Shown: one piece after another, positions 34,003-34,601 of the stretch
Position numbering within the stretch: position 1 is the stretch's first letter
How the letters are laid out: each line of letters starts with the position of its first letter
IMG/VR virus record: IMGVR_UViG_3300032330_001377
Coordinates: 1 to 34,601 of that record
Strand: one strand, 5' to 3'
DNA: 34,601 bases
DNA from: a virus
Taxonomy: Duplodnaviria; Caudoviricetes
Position numbers and translations under genes: made by a program
Notes under the pieces: model-generated
Database searches by the model: none
Told to the model about the DNA's origin: nothing
Seen by the model: the letters and a program-made list of their open reading frames with translations, nothing else

Positions 34003-34269
34003 ATGGCAAGAACTGCAACGGGCCTAAGTAAAAAAATCAATCGCCAAAAAAGCGCAGCATTGGTAAAATGCTATGTATGGCGCGAACAATTCGGCGTTGG
34101 CGTTAAGTGTTCGCCAGAGTTTGCTTGGGTTGTATCAAACGGAAAGTTTGGCAACAAGCCTGCCGAATGGGGACAAAGTGGAAACTTCACTTATACCGAA
34201 AGCCCTAAATCAATAGACACTTTTGCGGTTGCTCTTTACATAATCAAAAAAGAAAATCAAATCGCATAA
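34003..34269 (+). CDS. basic hypothetical protein
   Basis: Single-gene cassette between promoter and terminator. Confidence 0.65.
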   Translation: MARTATGLSKKINRQKSAALVKCYVWREQFGVGVKCSPEFAWVVSNGKFGNKPAEWGQSGNFTYTESPKSIDTFAVALYIIKKENQIA

Positions 34270-34287
34270 GGCCCAAGACCAAAGACA

Positions 34288-34317
34288 AGCCCGAGAGAAA
34301 TCTCGGGTTTTCTTTTT
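34288..34317 (+). terminator. intrinsic terminator
   Basis: AGCCCGAGA-GAAA-TCTCGGGTT then TTCTTTTT. Confidence 0.85.
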
Positions 34318-34601
34318 GCCCGAAATAAATCGTTCGTATCCAAACGAATTACCAATCAGCGAAAGAACAAATACGCCATACCCGACACGCTGCCAGCAAA
34401 CCGCAAGGCCCAACACGCCTAAACGCTCGAAACAACCCAAGCCCTAGACGGCTCTCTAACAGGCCAAACAAACAAACCGCTATGGCACACTAAGCCCAAA
34501 ACAAAACCCGTCAAAACGCCGCACAAGGCCGCGCCCGGCCCGTGGCATCTAAGGGGAGTGGGTCAAATCATCAGCACAAGCCCCTATTGACACAGATCGG
34601 A

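Noticed and set aside
1-34601. Integrase/repressor lysogeny module or flanking host genes
   Set aside because: No tyrosine/serine recombinase or CI-like ORF recognised, and no bacterial housekeeping genes.

Overview
This window looks like a near-complete or complete (~34.6 kb) genome of an HK97/lambda-type siphovirus, opened at the small terminase. The host is inferred to be an actinobacterium, plausibly a low-GC freshwater type, from WhiB, an M23 endolysin, leaderless TANNNT promoters and actinobacterial SOS boxes. Gene order: packaging/head (terS, terL, portal, protease, capsid); a glycosyltransferase-glycosyltransferase-cytidylyltransferase insert; tail (-1 frameshifted chaperone, tape measure, beta-propeller receptor-binding protein); lysis; WhiB (the only credible minus-strand gene); recombination/replication (YqaJ exonuclease, annealing protein, initiator with internal iterons, SSB, RusA); small accessory ORFs, a metallophosphoesterase and HNH; then a compositionally distinct ~6.5 kb right arm of repeated promoter-hairpin-SD-gene-terminator cassettes. 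I see no integrase, repressor, DNA polymerase or helicase. Most notable: (1) an 80-nt 'mini-tmRNA' with only the alanine tRNA-like domain; (2) a HiPIP-like 4Fe-4S protein in the head module that shares the protease's C-terminal motif; (3) paired host LexA boxes and MtrA/OmpR-like boxes in the right arm; (4) hairpin loops complementary to the phage's own SD sequences; (5) iteron-like arrays flanking an operon of acidic proteins. All calls are by eye, with no database searches.
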